A DNA stretch of 64,000 nt from Thermoplasmata archaeon (GTDB lineage: Archaea; Thermoplasmatota; Thermoplasmata; Lutacidiplasmatales; UBA184). The stretch covers positions 50,249 through 114,248 of the forward strand of contig DATJUI010000015.1 in NCBI GenBank assembly GCA_035502455.1, read 5' to 3'. Below are positions 37,542 through 47,373 of the stretch, one piece after another. The position numbers were made by a program, and so were the translations under genes. The notes under the pieces were generated by a model, which was not told the DNA's origin, ran no database searches, and worked only from the letters and a program-made list of their open reading frames with translations. Positions within the stretch are counted from its first letter, which is position 1. Each line of letters begins with the position of its first letter.

Positions 37542-38567
37542 CTAGGGCGGGCCGCCCTCGCCGGCCGCCCCGCCGCCGGGGGGCCCGGGCGCGACGGCGG
37601 GGCGTCCGGCCCCGAGCGCGAGTCGTCGTCCGAGCCGGTACTGGAGATAGGCCATCACCGCCGCGACGAGCAGGACGCCCGGAACCGAGAGCTCGATCAC
37701 GCCGTCCCAGACGAACAGGACGAGCAGCATCCCGGTCGCGAAGTAGTACTCGGAACGGACGAGGTCGTCCTGGCCGGCCCGCGTCACCACGAGCGCGATC
37801 GCCACGAGGTCCGCGACGGCGAAGAGCACCGCCGGGACGGCGGCCGGCACCTGCGCGATCCCGGCGAACAGCAGGACGAGCACCCACGCGTCGAACGAGA
37901 GGGTGCCCACGAGCACCCACCCGAGCGGCCGGAGGCGCGACGGCCCGGGGCGGGCCGAGAGGAGGTGGGCGGGCGCGCGGAACGCGAGGACGATCAGGAG
38001 CGCGACGACCGCCAGGAAGAACCCGAACTCGGCCGGAGTGGGGCCGTGGCCGACGAGGAGCGCGAAGGCGAACACCACGAGGAGGTAGATCGCCGCCGTG
38101 AGGCCGACCGCGCCGCGGTCGAGCCAGCGGCGGCCCTTCGCCTCGGGGAACCAGAGGCCGGTGAGGAGGATCGGGAGCGCGATCGAGTACGTCGCGTGAA
38201 AGACGGTGAGGCCGAGCGCCCAGAGCCAGTTGACCCCGAACGCGTGCCCGTAGCTGCCGAGGGCACCGACCGGCGACCCGCCCGGCTGGAAGAACGTGTG
38301 GACGGCGAACCCCTCCTCCGCGATCCCGTACGCCGCCCCGAGGAGCAGCGTGGACGCCCATCCCTTGCGGTAGTAGACGACGAACTCCCGGATGAGGAGC
38401 GCGCCGGTCCCGTAGAGCCCGATGTCGATGCCGAACGAGACGAGGAACTGGACCGGGTCGACGAACAGCGTCGTGATCGGGGTCGAACCCGTGAGGAGCT
38501 CGGGGATCGTCGGCGCGAACAGGAGGAGCGCGAGGACCGGGAGACGCGGCCTCAGCAGGATGCGCAC
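37542..38567 (-). CDS. Polytopic membrane protein of unknown function
   Basis: PELLTGSTP, LYG.GALLIRE, LGAAYGIAEEG and FHA.YSI..PI; many TM helices. Confidence 0.75.
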   Translation of the reverse strand: MRILLRPRLPVLALLLFAPTIPELLTGSTPITTLFVDPVQFLVSFGIDIGLYGTGALLIREFVVYYRKGWASTLLLGAAYGIAEEGFAVHTFFQPGGSPVGALGSYGHAFGVNWLWALGLTVFHATYSIALPILLTGLWFPEAKGRRWLDRGAVGLTAAIYLLVVFAFALLVGHGPTPAEFGFFLAVVALLIVLAFRAPAHLLSARPGPSRLRPLGWVLVGTLSFDAWVLVLLFAGIAQVPAAVPAVLFAVADLVAIALVVTRAGQDDLVRSEYYFATGMLLVLFVWDGVIELSVPGVLLVAAVMAYLQYRLGRRLALGAGRPAVAPGPPGGGAAGEGGPP

Positions 38568-38661
38568 GCCCTCACCGGGGCCCGAGGGATAGAAGAACTA
38601 TCCGTACGGAACGCGACCCGTCCGACCTTAAGAACCCGGTCGGGCTCGTCGCGGGAGCCCC

Positions 38662-39456
38662 ATGCGCGAGCGTCTCGCCCAGGTCACGTTCCGCGGCACG
38701 ATCCGGGAGCGGTCGGTCGATCCGTTCGTCCGGCTGCTGAAGGGCCTTCGGACCCGGAGCCGGGTGAAGGGCGTTCTCCTCGACATCTCGAGCGGGGGCG
38801 GCGAGTCGGTGGCGTCGGAGGACCTGTACCTCGCCGTGAAGCGCCTCGACCAGGTGAAGCCGGTCTACGCGTCGATCGGCTCGATCGGGGCCTCGGGCGC
38901 CTACCTCGCGGCGCTGGGCGCGCGCCGGATCTTCGCCTATCCGGACTCGACGGTCGGCTCGATCGGGATCATCTACCCGCACCTCGCGGTGCGCGACCTC
39001 CTGCGCCGGCTCGGCATCGAGGTCGATCTCCTCCACAAGGGGGAGCACAAGGACGCCTTCCAGGGGCTCCGCCCGCTCACCGACGTCGAGCGCGCGAAGA
39101 TGCTCGAGGTCCTCGAGGAAGGATACCGCGACTTCATCGGCACCGTCGCGCGCGAGCGCAAGCAGTCCGACGACGCCGTCCGGGCGCTCGCGACGGGCGA
39201 GGTCTGGACCGGGGCCCAGGCGGTGCGGTTGGGCCTCGTCGACGCGCTGGCGGACCGCGAGTTGGCGCTCGAGGAGCTCGCGCGCTTCACCGGGGTGCCG
39301 GTGCGCAAGACGGTCCGCCTCAGCCCGCCGCGCCCGTTCCTCGACCGTCTACTGTCGGGCGGGTCCGCGTCCGCGGGGGGCGGACTCTCGGCGCGGTTCC
39401 ACGACGCGCTCGAGGACGTCCTCGTCGACTGGGGCGGCGGGGGCTTCCGCCGGTAG
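38662..39456 (+). CDS. sppA: Signal peptide peptidase SppA (S49)
   Basis: ISSGGG, ASGAY, VGSIG, GEHKD and GEVWTG.QA..LGLVD. Confidence 0.9.
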   Translation: MRERLAQVTFRGTIRERSVDPFVRLLKGLRTRSRVKGVLLDISSGGGESVASEDLYLAVKRLDQVKPVYASIGSIGASGAYLAALGARRIFAYPDSTVGSIGIIYPHLAVRDLLRRLGIEVDLLHKGEHKDAFQGLRPLTDVERAKMLEVLEEGYRDFIGTVARERKQSDDAVRALATGEVWTGAQAVRLGLVDALADRELALEELARFTGVPVRKTVRLSPPRPFLDRLLSGGSASAGGGLSARFHDALEDVLVDWGGGGFRR

Positions 39457-39474
39457 CTCGGGCGCCGGCGGCCG

Positions 39475-39481
39475 TTAAATA
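39475..39481 (+). promoter_or_regulatory. TATA box of secG (TTAAATA)
   Basis: About 26 nt upstream of the ATG at 39507. Confidence 0.65.
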
Positions 39482-39506
39482 GCGCGACCGCGCTGGGACC
39501 GATGCG

Positions 39507-39668
39507 ATGCCGGACAACCGTCGGAGCGGCTTCTCGAGCGCCGCCGGGCTCATCCAATACTACGACATGGAGGAGTCGAAGGCGCTCAAGATCTCTCCCT
39601 ACCTCGTCTTCGGGATGGGGATCGGCGCCGCCTTCGTCGTCTCGATCCTGAGCTGGCGCGTGGTCTAG
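39507..39668 (+). CDS. secG: Preprotein translocase subunit Sec61beta/SecG (53 aa; absent from the ORF track)
   Basis: MPDNRRSGFSSAAGLIQYYDMEESKALKISPYLVFGMGIGAAFVVSILSWRVV: S.AGL..Y(Y/F)...KI.P motif plus TM helix. Confidence 0.88.
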   Translation: MPDNRRSGFSSAAGLIQYYDMEESKALKISPYLVFGMGIGAAFVVSILSWRVV

Positions 39669-40639
39669 GCGACCGCCATCGGGAGCGCGGCCCCGGTCGG
39701 GGTGCGACCGGGCAGGTACCGTCCCGCCTCCGTCCGTCCGAGCAGGTAGACCTTCGATTCGGGCGACTCGTCGAGCACGAGATAGCCCGTGCGCGCCGCC
39801 AGCCGGCGGGCGAACGCACCGATCTCCTCGTGCGACGGCACGTGGTCCCGCCCCAGCCGCTGGCGCGACTTGCCCATGTAGACGTACCCCTTCGGTTCGA
39901 TGAAGTCGGGGCGGGCGAGCGCGTCGAGCTCGGCGTACGCCGCGACCCATCCCAGGTTCCATCCCTTCACGAGGGTGTGGCGCACGACCCGACGGGTGGG
40001 GAGGTCGCGGACGATCGCGAGCGACTCGCGGAGGCGCTCGAACGCGTCGTCGTGCGCGGGCAGGGTGAGCCGGCGGAACACCTCGGCGTTCGGGGCCGTC
40101 ACCGAGACGTAGAGCTGCGTCGGCAGCGGGTCGAGCGCCCGCAGCGCGTCCGGGTTCGTCCCGTTCGTGACGAGGAAGGTCGTGATCCCGCGCGCGTGGC
40201 AGAGCTCGAGGAACCGGTTCATCTTCGGGTAGAGCGTCGGTTCGCCCGTCAGCGAGATCGCGATGTGGCGGGGCGTCTGGGAGTCGTCCCAGCGCGCGAC
40301 GTCGACCGTCGGATCGCCCTTGAACCCGGAGAGGATCCGCCGCTGCGCGTCGATCGAGCGGTCGAGCAGCGTCTCGGGGTCGTCGAACTCCGGCATGACC
40401 GCGTCGTTCTCCCAGCCCTGGTTCCGCCAGCAGAACCGGCAGTGGAGGTTGCACGAGTCGATCGCCGGCGACATCTGAAGGCAGCGGTGGCTCTCGATGC
40501 CGTAGAAGCGCCCCTTGTAGCAGTCGCGGCCGCGGGTCAGCGACTCGCGGGTCCAGTAGCAGAGCTTGACCGCGCTATGCCGGCCGACGAGCTGGTAGCC
40601 CTGACCGGCGAGCTCGTTCGAGAGGTCCTGGTCGCCCAT
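39665..40639 (-). CDS. taw1: 4-demethylwyosine synthase TYW1 (radical SAM)
   Basis: HSAVKLCYW, CYK.RFYGI.SHRCLQM, CNLHCRFCWR, AISLTGEPT and FIEPKGY. Confidence 0.95.
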   Translation of the reverse strand: MGDQDLSNELAGQGYQLVGRHSAVKLCYWTRESLTRGRDCYKGRFYGIESHRCLQMSPAIDSCNLHCRFCWRNQGWENDAVMPEFDDPETLLDRSIDAQRRILSGFKGDPTVDVARWDDSQTPRHIAISLTGEPTLYPKMNRFLELCHARGITTFLVTNGTNPDALRALDPLPTQLYVSVTAPNAEVFRRLTLPAHDDAFERLRESLAIVRDLPTRRVVRHTLVKGWNLGWVAAYAELDALARPDFIEPKGYVYMGKSRQRLGRDHVPSHEEIGAFARRLAARTGYLVLDESPESKVYLLGRTEAGRYLPGRTPTGAALPMAVA

Positions 40640-40698
40640 CGGACCCGCGGTCGACGGGCCGCACCGCCATAAGCCTTTTCCGACGGCGTCGTCCCGGC

Positions 40699-41562
40699 CT
40701 ACGTGAACTGCTCGCGGTCGAACAGCCAGAGGCCCCCGAGCGTCGTGCCGACGAAGTAGCCGAGCATCACGGAGATCCCCTGGAGGTACGTCGGGACGAG
40801 GATGATCGATCGGGCGGCGATGCCGGCGCCGACGGGAAGCCCGGTGATGGGGTACGAGAGGGTCGCGGACGCCCAGGTGATGACGAACCAGGGGGTGATC
40901 CCGACCAGACCCTCGACGAGGCCCTCGACCACCGAGAACCCGAACAGGAACATGATCGCGACGAGGATCACGCCGTACATGCTCGTCTTGAACAGCGAGC
41001 TGAACAGAAACGTCGTGCCCAGCACCGCGGCGAGGTACAGGGCCGTGATCGCCACGGACTCGAACACGCCCGCGGAGAGCGAGTTGCCCCCCACGAAGTA
41101 GAGGCCCGCCAGCACGACCACGACGAAGTAGGCGAGGATCGTCACCAGCGACGCGCCGAACGCCGCGAGGTACTTCCCGGCGTAGACGGTCCAGCGCTTG
41201 ATCGGGAGCCCCATGAGGAAGTAGCCGGTCCGGTTCTGGAACTCCCCCGCGATCGCGTCGCCGCCGAAGATGATCGCCGCGAAGATGATCAGGATCTCCG
41301 CGCCGCCGATCCAGAGGCTGCCGTAGAACGCCGCGCCCGTCCCGATCAGTCCGGCCGGCCGATAGTAGCCGACCAGCGAGAGCAGGATGACGCACACGGC
41401 GGCCACGATGCTCATCATCAGGATGAACCGGTTCGATCGGAGGTAATCGCGGAACTGGTACCGCGACAGGAGCAACGACTGCGCGACGCTGCCGGGCACC
41501 CGACTTCCGTCCGGCACCGCGCCCGCCGCGGCCGACGGCGCGCTCGCCACGGCGGCGCTCAC
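40699..41562 (-). CDS. ABC-2 type permease
   Basis: GGDAIAGEFQNRTGY....PI.R......GKY; six TM helices; coupled to the ATPase gene. Confidence 0.85.
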   Translation of the reverse strand: MSAAVASAPSAAAGAVPDGSRVPGSVAQSLLLSRYQFRDYLRSNRFILMMSIVAAVCVILLSLVGYYRPAGLIGTGAAFYGSLWIGGAEILIIFAAIIFGGDAIAGEFQNRTGYFLMGLPIKRWTVYAGKYLAAFGASLVTILAYFVVVVLAGLYFVGGNSLSAGVFESVAITALYLAAVLGTTFLFSSLFKTSMYGVILVAIMFLFGFSVVEGLVEGLVGITPWFVITWASATLSYPITGLPVGAGIAARSIILVPTYLQGISVMLGYFVGTTLGGLWLFDREQFT

Positions 41563-42503
41563 GCGTCCCCCTGGGAGATCTCGCGCAGATAGACCTCCTC
41601 GAGCGCGCTCCGCGATTCGCGGAAGCTCAACAGGCCCAAGTGCCGGGACGCGACGCTCTCGAGCAGTTGCACCTGCTCGGTCGGGCCCCCCTTGACAGCG
41701 AGCTGGAGGCGGTTCGGGCCGAGCCGGGTGCAGCCCGACACCCCGGGGAGCGTCGCGATGGGGCCGACCGCGGCGTCGTCGAGCGGGGCGGCGAACTCCA
41801 CCTCGACCGTCCGCGTCCCGCTGCCGAGCCGGCGCTCGACGTTCTCCAACCGATCGTAGAACAGGAGCTTCCCGCGGTCGAGCAGGGCGACCTCGTCGCA
41901 GACGTCGGTGACCTCGCTCAAGATGTGGCTGCTCATGAAGATCAGCCGGTCCTCCTTCTTGAGCGCCCGCACGATCGACCGCACCTCGGCCATCCCGCGC
42001 GGATCGAGGCCCGTGCTCGGCTCGTCCAGGATCACGACCTCGGGGTCCGAGAGGAGCGCCGCGGCGATGTTCACCCGCTGCTTCATCCCCTTCGAGAACC
42101 GCCCGACCTTCTGGTCCGCCCACTCGGTCATCTTGACCTCTTCGAGGACGGTCTTCGTGCGGTCCCGGATCTCGGCCGCGCTGAGCCCGCGGAGCGCCCC
42201 GCTCATCTCGAGCGCCTCGCGGGGCGAGAGGGACGGGTAGATCTCGGGAGTCTCGATGAGGTCCCCGCAGCTCGAGAGCGCGCGCTTGCGGTCGCCCTGG
42301 ACCGAGATCCCGTTGACGAACGCCTCGCCCTCCGTCGGGAAGATCAGGTCGGTGAACATCTTGAGGGTCGTCGTCTTGCCCGCGCCGTTCGGACCGAGGA
42401 AGCCGATGCACTTCGACCCCTCGATCTTGAGATTGAGATGGTCGACCGCGACGAAGCTGTTGAACCGCTTCGTGAGCTGGACCGCTTCGAGACTCGGCGC
42501 CAT
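41559..42503 (-). CDS. ABC transporter ATP-binding subunit
   Basis: GPNGAGKTT, FSKGMKQR, LDEP and SSH. Confidence 0.92.
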   Translation of the reverse strand: MAPSLEAVQLTKRFNSFVAVDHLNLKIEGSKCIGFLGPNGAGKTTTLKMFTDLIFPTEGEAFVNGISVQGDRKRALSSCGDLIETPEIYPSLSPREALEMSGALRGLSAAEIRDRTKTVLEEVKMTEWADQKVGRFSKGMKQRVNIAAALLSDPEVVILDEPSTGLDPRGMAEVRSIVRALKKEDRLIFMSSHILSEVTDVCDEVALLDRGKLLFYDRLENVERRLGSGTRTVEVEFAAPLDDAAVGPIATLPGVSGCTRLGPNRLQLAVKGGPTEQVQLLESVASRHLGLLSFRESRSALEEVYLREISQGDA

Positions 42504-42641
42504 ACTGACGTTGCGGGGTCTCGCAAGCCGGGTTAAAAGCGGAGCGGCCGAGTGCGTCGCCGGCGCACGACCCCGGCGTCTCCCGGCCCGGCCCCGTCCC
42601 GGCACCGAAACCTACTCACGCCGCCGGGAGTTCGCGGTCGC

Positions 42642-42968
42642 GTGGTCGAGGAACTGGAGCCCGAGGAGGTCGTCCGCCGGCTGAAGCAGGATCCGCACGG
42701 CGTGCTGCTGCTCGACGTGCGGGAGCCGTTCGAGCGCGAGCTCGCGGTCATCGAGCCCTCGGTGCACATCCCGATGGGCGAGGTCTCCCAGCGGCTCGAC
42801 GAGCTCCCGCGGGACCGGCCCATCGTGGTCTACTGCCACGGCGGGGGCCGTTCCGCGATGATCGCCGCGTACCTGGAGAGCGAGGGGTACCGATCGGTCG
42901 CGAACCTGAGCGGCGGCATCGACGCCTGGTCGCTCACGGTGGACCCGAAGGTCCCGCGGTACGGCTGA
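42642..42968 (+). CDS. Single-domain rhodanese
   Basis: LLDVREP.E, HIPM, VVYCHGGGRS and NLSGGI.AW. Confidence 0.9.
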   Translation: MVEELEPEEVVRRLKQDPHGVLLLDVREPFERELAVIEPSVHIPMGEVSQRLDELPRDRPIVVYCHGGGRSAMIAAYLESEGYRSVANLSGGIDAWSLTVDPKVPRYG

Positions 42969-42977
42969 GGCGCCCGC

Positions 42978-43310
42978 TCAGCGGCGCCGGACCGGTCCCG
43001 CGGACGGAGGGCGCTCGAGCAGCTCGACGTAGCCGCGCATCTTCCAGTAGGTGTCGAGGAACTCCTGCCCGCGCGGTGTGATGTCGTACGCGGGGCGCCC
43101 GTCCACCTCCTCGGCGCGCAGGAGACCGAGCGCCATCAGCCGCTCCACGAAGGTGCGCAGCCGGTCGACCGGCATCCCCGCGCCGTACGAGACGCGCGTG
43201 ATCCGCGCGGCCCCGTGGTAGCGCTTCACGACCTCGAGGACGGTGGCGTAGAGGTCCGTGGCCTCGCGACGACGCGCCGTGCGGGCGCCGTCGTTCGGCC
43301 CGACCGCCAT
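42978..43310 (-). CDS. Archaeal winged-helix DNA-binding protein (HTH_45-like)
   Basis: RR...DLY..VL, ITRVSYGA, L...GLL and YDIT.RG.EFL. Confidence 0.8.
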   Translation of the reverse strand: MAVGPNDGARTARRREATDLYATVLEVVKRYHGAARITRVSYGAGMPVDRLRTFVERLMALGLLRAEEVDGRPAYDITPRGQEFLDTYWKMRGYVELLERPPSAGPVRRR

Positions 43311-43319
43311 CGTCGCCCC

Positions 43320-44537
43320 TCAGAGCGGAAACGCGGGCAGGCTATCGGCCTTCAGGGGACCCGAGGTGACCGTCGCGCCCTGGCCGACGTCCACCTCCCC
43401 CGTGTACGTGACCTCCCCGACCCGGGCCCGGTCGCGCAGGCGGACGACCCGCGCGAAGATCCGCCGGGCCTCCGCCCGCTCGTGCAGCTCCACCTCGTCG
43501 GCGTAGATGTCCTCGGCCTCGGCGCGGCTGCGCAGGACGACGCTCCGTCCGACGAGCGGGCCGTGCGCCCGCGAGCGGCTGTTGAGCTCGATCCGGTCGG
43601 CCTTGAGCCCGTCGCGGGTGCTGACGGCCCCTCCGATCTCGGCCTCGCCGGCGAAGACCGCCCGCTCCGCCTCGAGCGAGCCGCCGACCGTCGCCGTGCG
43701 GCCGGAGAGCGGGCCGCGCACCTCGATCGATCCGCCGACCTCGAGGTGGTCGGTGAGCTCGAGCGGACCCTGGACCTCGAACCGTCCCCCGATCTCGACC
43801 GACCCTCCCTGGCCCCGCCCTCCGATCGAGCCGATGCCGCCGATCGAGAGCTTTTGGAACGTGAGGTCGGAGCGGGCGGTGAGCATCCCGCCGACGTCGA
43901 TCGACCCGCCCGTCGCGGGGCCCCGGAACTCGACGAAGCCGCCCACATCGAGCGCGCCGAACGTCAGCGCGGACTCCGCGAGGAATTTGCCACCGGCCTC
44001 GATCGAGCGACGGACCGCACCGCCGCCGATCCGGGCGAGGCCCCCGACCTCCAGCGAGTCGAGATCGACCTCCCCGAGCTCGATCGTCCCCCCGGCCTCG
44101 ATCGAGCCGGCGGTGACCTTGCCGGCCGCCGCGAACCGCCCGCCGACCGAGACCGTCTTCGCGTCGAGCGTGGAGCGCGCCTCGAACTGGCCGCCCACCT
44201 CGAACTCCTCGGCGGTGGCCGCACCTCCGATGATCAGCTTGCGGTCGACGTCGACGCGGCCCCCCGAGAGCGCACCGGTCGTCTCGATCCCCCCGTCGTG
44301 GTACTCGAGCCGTCCCGCGACCTTGAGCCCGCCCTCGATGCGGAGCGTGCCATCTTCGCCCTCCAGGCGGGCGCACTCGAGGTCGCCGTGGACTTCGCAG
44401 CTGCCGCGGAAGCGCGCCTCGCCGGCCACCACGATCTTCCCGTCGGCGTCGAGGCGGGCGTTCGGCTCCACGCGGAGGTCCCCCTCGACCGCGCCGAGGC
44501 GGACGTGCGCCCCGCGGGGCACGTGGGTCTCGCTCAT
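43320..44537 (-). CDS. Long bactofilin-like (polymer-forming) beta-solenoid protein
   Basis: Twelve consecutive 16-18-aa repeats starting xx(V/I/A)GG, flanked by further beta-repeat segments. Confidence 0.7.
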   Translation of the reverse strand: MSETHVPRGAHVRLGAVEGDLRVEPNARLDADGKIVVAGEARFRGSCEVHGDLECARLEGEDGTLRIEGGLKVAGRLEYHDGGIETTGALSGGRVDVDRKLIIGGAATAEEFEVGGQFEARSTLDAKTVSVGGRFAAAGKVTAGSIEAGGTIELGEVDLDSLEVGGLARIGGGAVRRSIEAGGKFLAESALTFGALDVGGFVEFRGPATGGSIDVGGMLTARSDLTFQKLSIGGIGSIGGRGQGGSVEIGGRFEVQGPLELTDHLEVGGSIEVRGPLSGRTATVGGSLEAERAVFAGEAEIGGAVSTRDGLKADRIELNSRSRAHGPLVGRSVVLRSRAEAEDIYADEVELHERAEARRIFARVVRLRDRARVGEVTYTGEVDVGQGATVTSGPLKADSLPAFPL

Positions 44538-44651
44538 CGGAACTCCTCAGGGGGACCCCCTTCTATAGGAGTGAGTCACGTGGAGTGAGCACCGGCGGCG
44601 CGGAGGCGGCGGGGGGCCCGATCCTCTATAGTCGCCCCGCGCTGGGGGAGC

Positions 44652-45365
44652 GTGGGCGATTCGCTCGAGGGGCTCCGCCGGGAGATCGTCGAGTGCCGCC
44701 GATGCCCCCGGCTCGTCGCCTACCGCGAGCGGGTGGCGCGCGACCGCAAGAAGGAGTTCCGCGCGCAGAGCTACTGGGGCCGGCCCGTGCCGGGATTCGG
44801 GGACCCCCGCGCCCGGCTGGTGGCGGTCGGGCTCGCCCCGGCCGCGCACGGCTCGAACCGGACCGGCCGGGTGTTCACGGGGGACCGGTCGGCCGCCTTC
44901 CTCGTCCGGGCGTTCTACGAGGCCGGCCTCGCGAACCAGCCCACCTCGACCCATCGGGGAGACGGCCTCCGGTACCGCGATCTGTACCTGACCGCGGCCG
45001 TCCGCTGCGCGCCTCCGGACAACCGGCCTACCCCCGAGGAGCGGGTCCGGTGCGCCCCCTACCTCGAGCGGGAGCTGCGCCAGCTCCCCGAGGTACGGGC
45101 GATCCTCGCCCTCGGCGGGTTCGCCTGGGACGCGGTCCGCGACCTCGTCCCCCCGGTCTACGGCGTCGCCCGTCCGAACGTGGCGTTCGCGCACGGCGCC
45201 TGCGCCCCGCTCGGTCCGGGGAAGCCGATGCTGTGGGCGTCGTACCATCCGAGCCCGCAGAACACGCAGACCGGCAAGCTGACCCCGGCGATGCTGACGG
45301 GCCTCCTGCGCACGATCCAGGGATCGTACGGGGCCGCCCCGGTGGGTCCGGGGCGGCACGCTTAA
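44652..45365 (+). CDS. Uracil-DNA glycosylase, family 5
   Basis: CRRCPRL, GLAPAAHGSNRTGRVFTGD, VRCAPPDN and HPSPQN. Confidence 0.92.
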   Translation: MGDSLEGLRREIVECRRCPRLVAYRERVARDRKKEFRAQSYWGRPVPGFGDPRARLVAVGLAPAAHGSNRTGRVFTGDRSAAFLVRAFYEAGLANQPTSTHRGDGLRYRDLYLTAAVRCAPPDNRPTPEERVRCAPYLERELRQLPEVRAILALGGFAWDAVRDLVPPVYGVARPNVAFAHGACAPLGPGKPMLWASYHPSPQNTQTGKLTPAMLTGLLRTIQGSYGAAPVGPGRHA

Positions 45366-45389
45366 CGCGCGGGCCGCGTGGCCGCTGGG

Positions 45390-47333
45390 ATGGTCGACTT
45401 CGAGCTCCTCGAGCGCGACGGCCTCGCGCGGCTCGGCCGGTTCTCGACCCCGCACGGGACGGTCGAGACCCCGAGCCTCCTCCCGGTCGTCCACCCGGAT
45501 CCGGCGCGGCAACCGGTCGCGCCGACGCGCATGCGCGAGGAGTTCGGGCTCCGTGCGCTGATCACATCCGCGTACATCACCTGGCGGACCCCGCCGCTGC
45601 GGGCGGTGGCGGAACGCGACGGGATCCACGGACTGGTCCATTTTGACGGGCCGATCATGACCGACTCGGGCGCCTTCCAGCAGCACGCCTACGGCTCGGT
45701 CGAGGTCGGCCCGGACGAGATCATGGACTTCCAGCAGCGGATCGGTTCCGACATCGCGACGGTGCTCGATCGCTTCACCGAACCCGAGTCGCCCCGGGCC
45801 GCGGCCGAAGCGGCCCTCGCCGAGACGCTCGACCGGGCGGTCTCCGCCCGGGCCCGGCACCCCGGCCTCCTCGCCGTGCCGATCCAGGGGGGCGCCTTCG
45901 ACGACCTCCGGGTCCGCTCGGCCGCCGCCGCGAGCGAGCTCGGCGACGTGCTGGCGCTCGGGGGCGTCGTTCCGCTGCTCGAGCAGTATCGGTTCGTCGA
46001 TCTCGCGCGCGCCGTCGCGGCCGCGCGTCCGTCGATCACCCCGGGCGCGCCGCTGCACCTGTTCGGCGCCGGGCACCCGCTCGTCTTCGCGTTCGCGGCG
46101 CTCGCCGGGGTCGATCTCGTCGACTCGTCGGCCTACCACAAGTTCGCCCGGCGCGGCGAGCTCCTCTTCTCCGAGGGGACCGTCGCGCTCGATGACGTAC
46201 GCGAGGAGATCTGCCGGTGCGCGCTCTGCCGCGAGCGACCGCTGCCCGAGCTGCGGCGGCGGCCGGCGGCGGAGCGGGAGGCCCACCTCGCCGCGCACAA
46301 CCTGCTCGTTTCGTCCGAGGAGATGGCGCGGGTCCGCCAGGCGATCCGGGACGGCACCCTGTGGGAGCTCGCCGAGCGGCGGGCGACCGCCCACCCGGCC
46401 CTGCGCGCCGGCCTCGAGGAGCTCGCGCGGCATCCCGAGATCTTCCTTCCAGTGGAGCCGGAGTCGCGGCGCGCCTTCCGCGAGACGGGACCGGGTTCGC
46501 TCGGTCGGCCGAGCGCCGTGCGGTTCCGTCGTCGCCTCTCCGCCTTCGGTGGCTCCGCCCCGACGGCGCACCGCGTCCCCCGGGTCGCGCTCACTCCCGA
46601 GTTCCTCGGCCGGATCCCGCCCGACGATCCGAACGGGCGTCCGGTCCGCTGGGAGGTCGACTCCCCGTTCGGCCCGGTGCCGATCGAACTGTCCGACCTC
46701 TACCCGGTCGGCCCGTTCCTCGGGATCTCCGAGTTCCTCGGGGAGCGGCGCCGCACCTCCCCGGGCGAGCTCGGCCGCATCGCGGCCGCCGAACGGGGCG
46801 CCACGCCCTCCCCGGACCGCGACTGGTCCGCGGAGTGGGACCGGCGGCAGGTCGACGCGCTCCTGCGCTGGCAGTACGGCCCGGAGGTCGCGGCCGGCCT
46901 GGGGGCCGAACTGACCGCGGAGCGGTCCCGCCGGACGGGGCGGATCCGCCGGCTGGTCGCCGGGCACGCCCCGTGGTTCGTCGTCGGGGACGACGGCCTC
47001 CCGCGGCCGACGTTCCGCGGCGCGACGCGCCTCCACGCCCTGTGGACCCACGGGGAGCGCCGCGTCGCGGTCGCCGACGACGCGGTCCCGTTCGTCCGGG
47101 CCGGGCGGAGCCTGTTCGCGCGGTTCGTGGTCGGGGCCGACCCGGCGCTGGTGCCCGACGCGAGCGCCCTCCTCGTCGACGGGGACGACGCCCTCCTCGC
47201 GGTGGGCCGACTCCTGCTCGCGCCGCACGAGATCCCTCGGTTCCGTCGGGGGGTCGCCGCCCGGGTCACGAGCCACGCGGCCGCGCCGGACGTCGCCGAC
47301 GACGCGCCCGACGCGCCCGAGTCGGACCGGTGA
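45390..47333 (+). CDS. tgtA: Archaeosine tRNA-guanine(15) transglycosylase with PUA domain
   Basis: ETP.LLPV, MTDSGAFQ, GGVVPL, HLFGAGHP, CRCALC...HNL and a C-terminal PUA-like region. Alternative start GTG 45378. Confidence 0.93.
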   Translation: MVDFELLERDGLARLGRFSTPHGTVETPSLLPVVHPDPARQPVAPTRMREEFGLRALITSAYITWRTPPLRAVAERDGIHGLVHFDGPIMTDSGAFQQHAYGSVEVGPDEIMDFQQRIGSDIATVLDRFTEPESPRAAAEAALAETLDRAVSARARHPGLLAVPIQGGAFDDLRVRSAAAASELGDVLALGGVVPLLEQYRFVDLARAVAAARPSITPGAPLHLFGAGHPLVFAFAALAGVDLVDSSAYHKFARRGELLFSEGTVALDDVREEICRCALCRERPLPELRRRPAAEREAHLAAHNLLVSSEEMARVRQAIRDGTLWELAERRATAHPALRAGLEELARHPEIFLPVEPESRRAFRETGPGSLGRPSAVRFRRRLSAFGGSAPTAHRVPRVALTPEFLGRIPPDDPNGRPVRWEVDSPFGPVPIELSDLYPVGPFLGISEFLGERRRTSPGELGRIAAAERGATPSPDRDWSAEWDRRQVDALLRWQYGPEVAAGLGAELTAERSRRTGRIRRLVAGHAPWFVVGDDGLPRPTFRGATRLHALWTHGERRVAVADDAVPFVRAGRSLFARFVVGADPALVPDASALLVDGDDALLAVGRLLLAPHEIPRFRRGVAARVTSHAAAPDVADDAPDAPESDR

Positions 47334-47373
47334 TGTTATCCCGCGATATCCGTAGCTCGTCGTTCGCGGCCCG

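Noticed and set aside
43590..44210. Periodic DNA repeats as a CRISPR array or VNTR
   Set aside because: The ~51-nt periodicity reflects degenerate protein-level repeats; there are no identical repeats with unique spacers and no cas genes.
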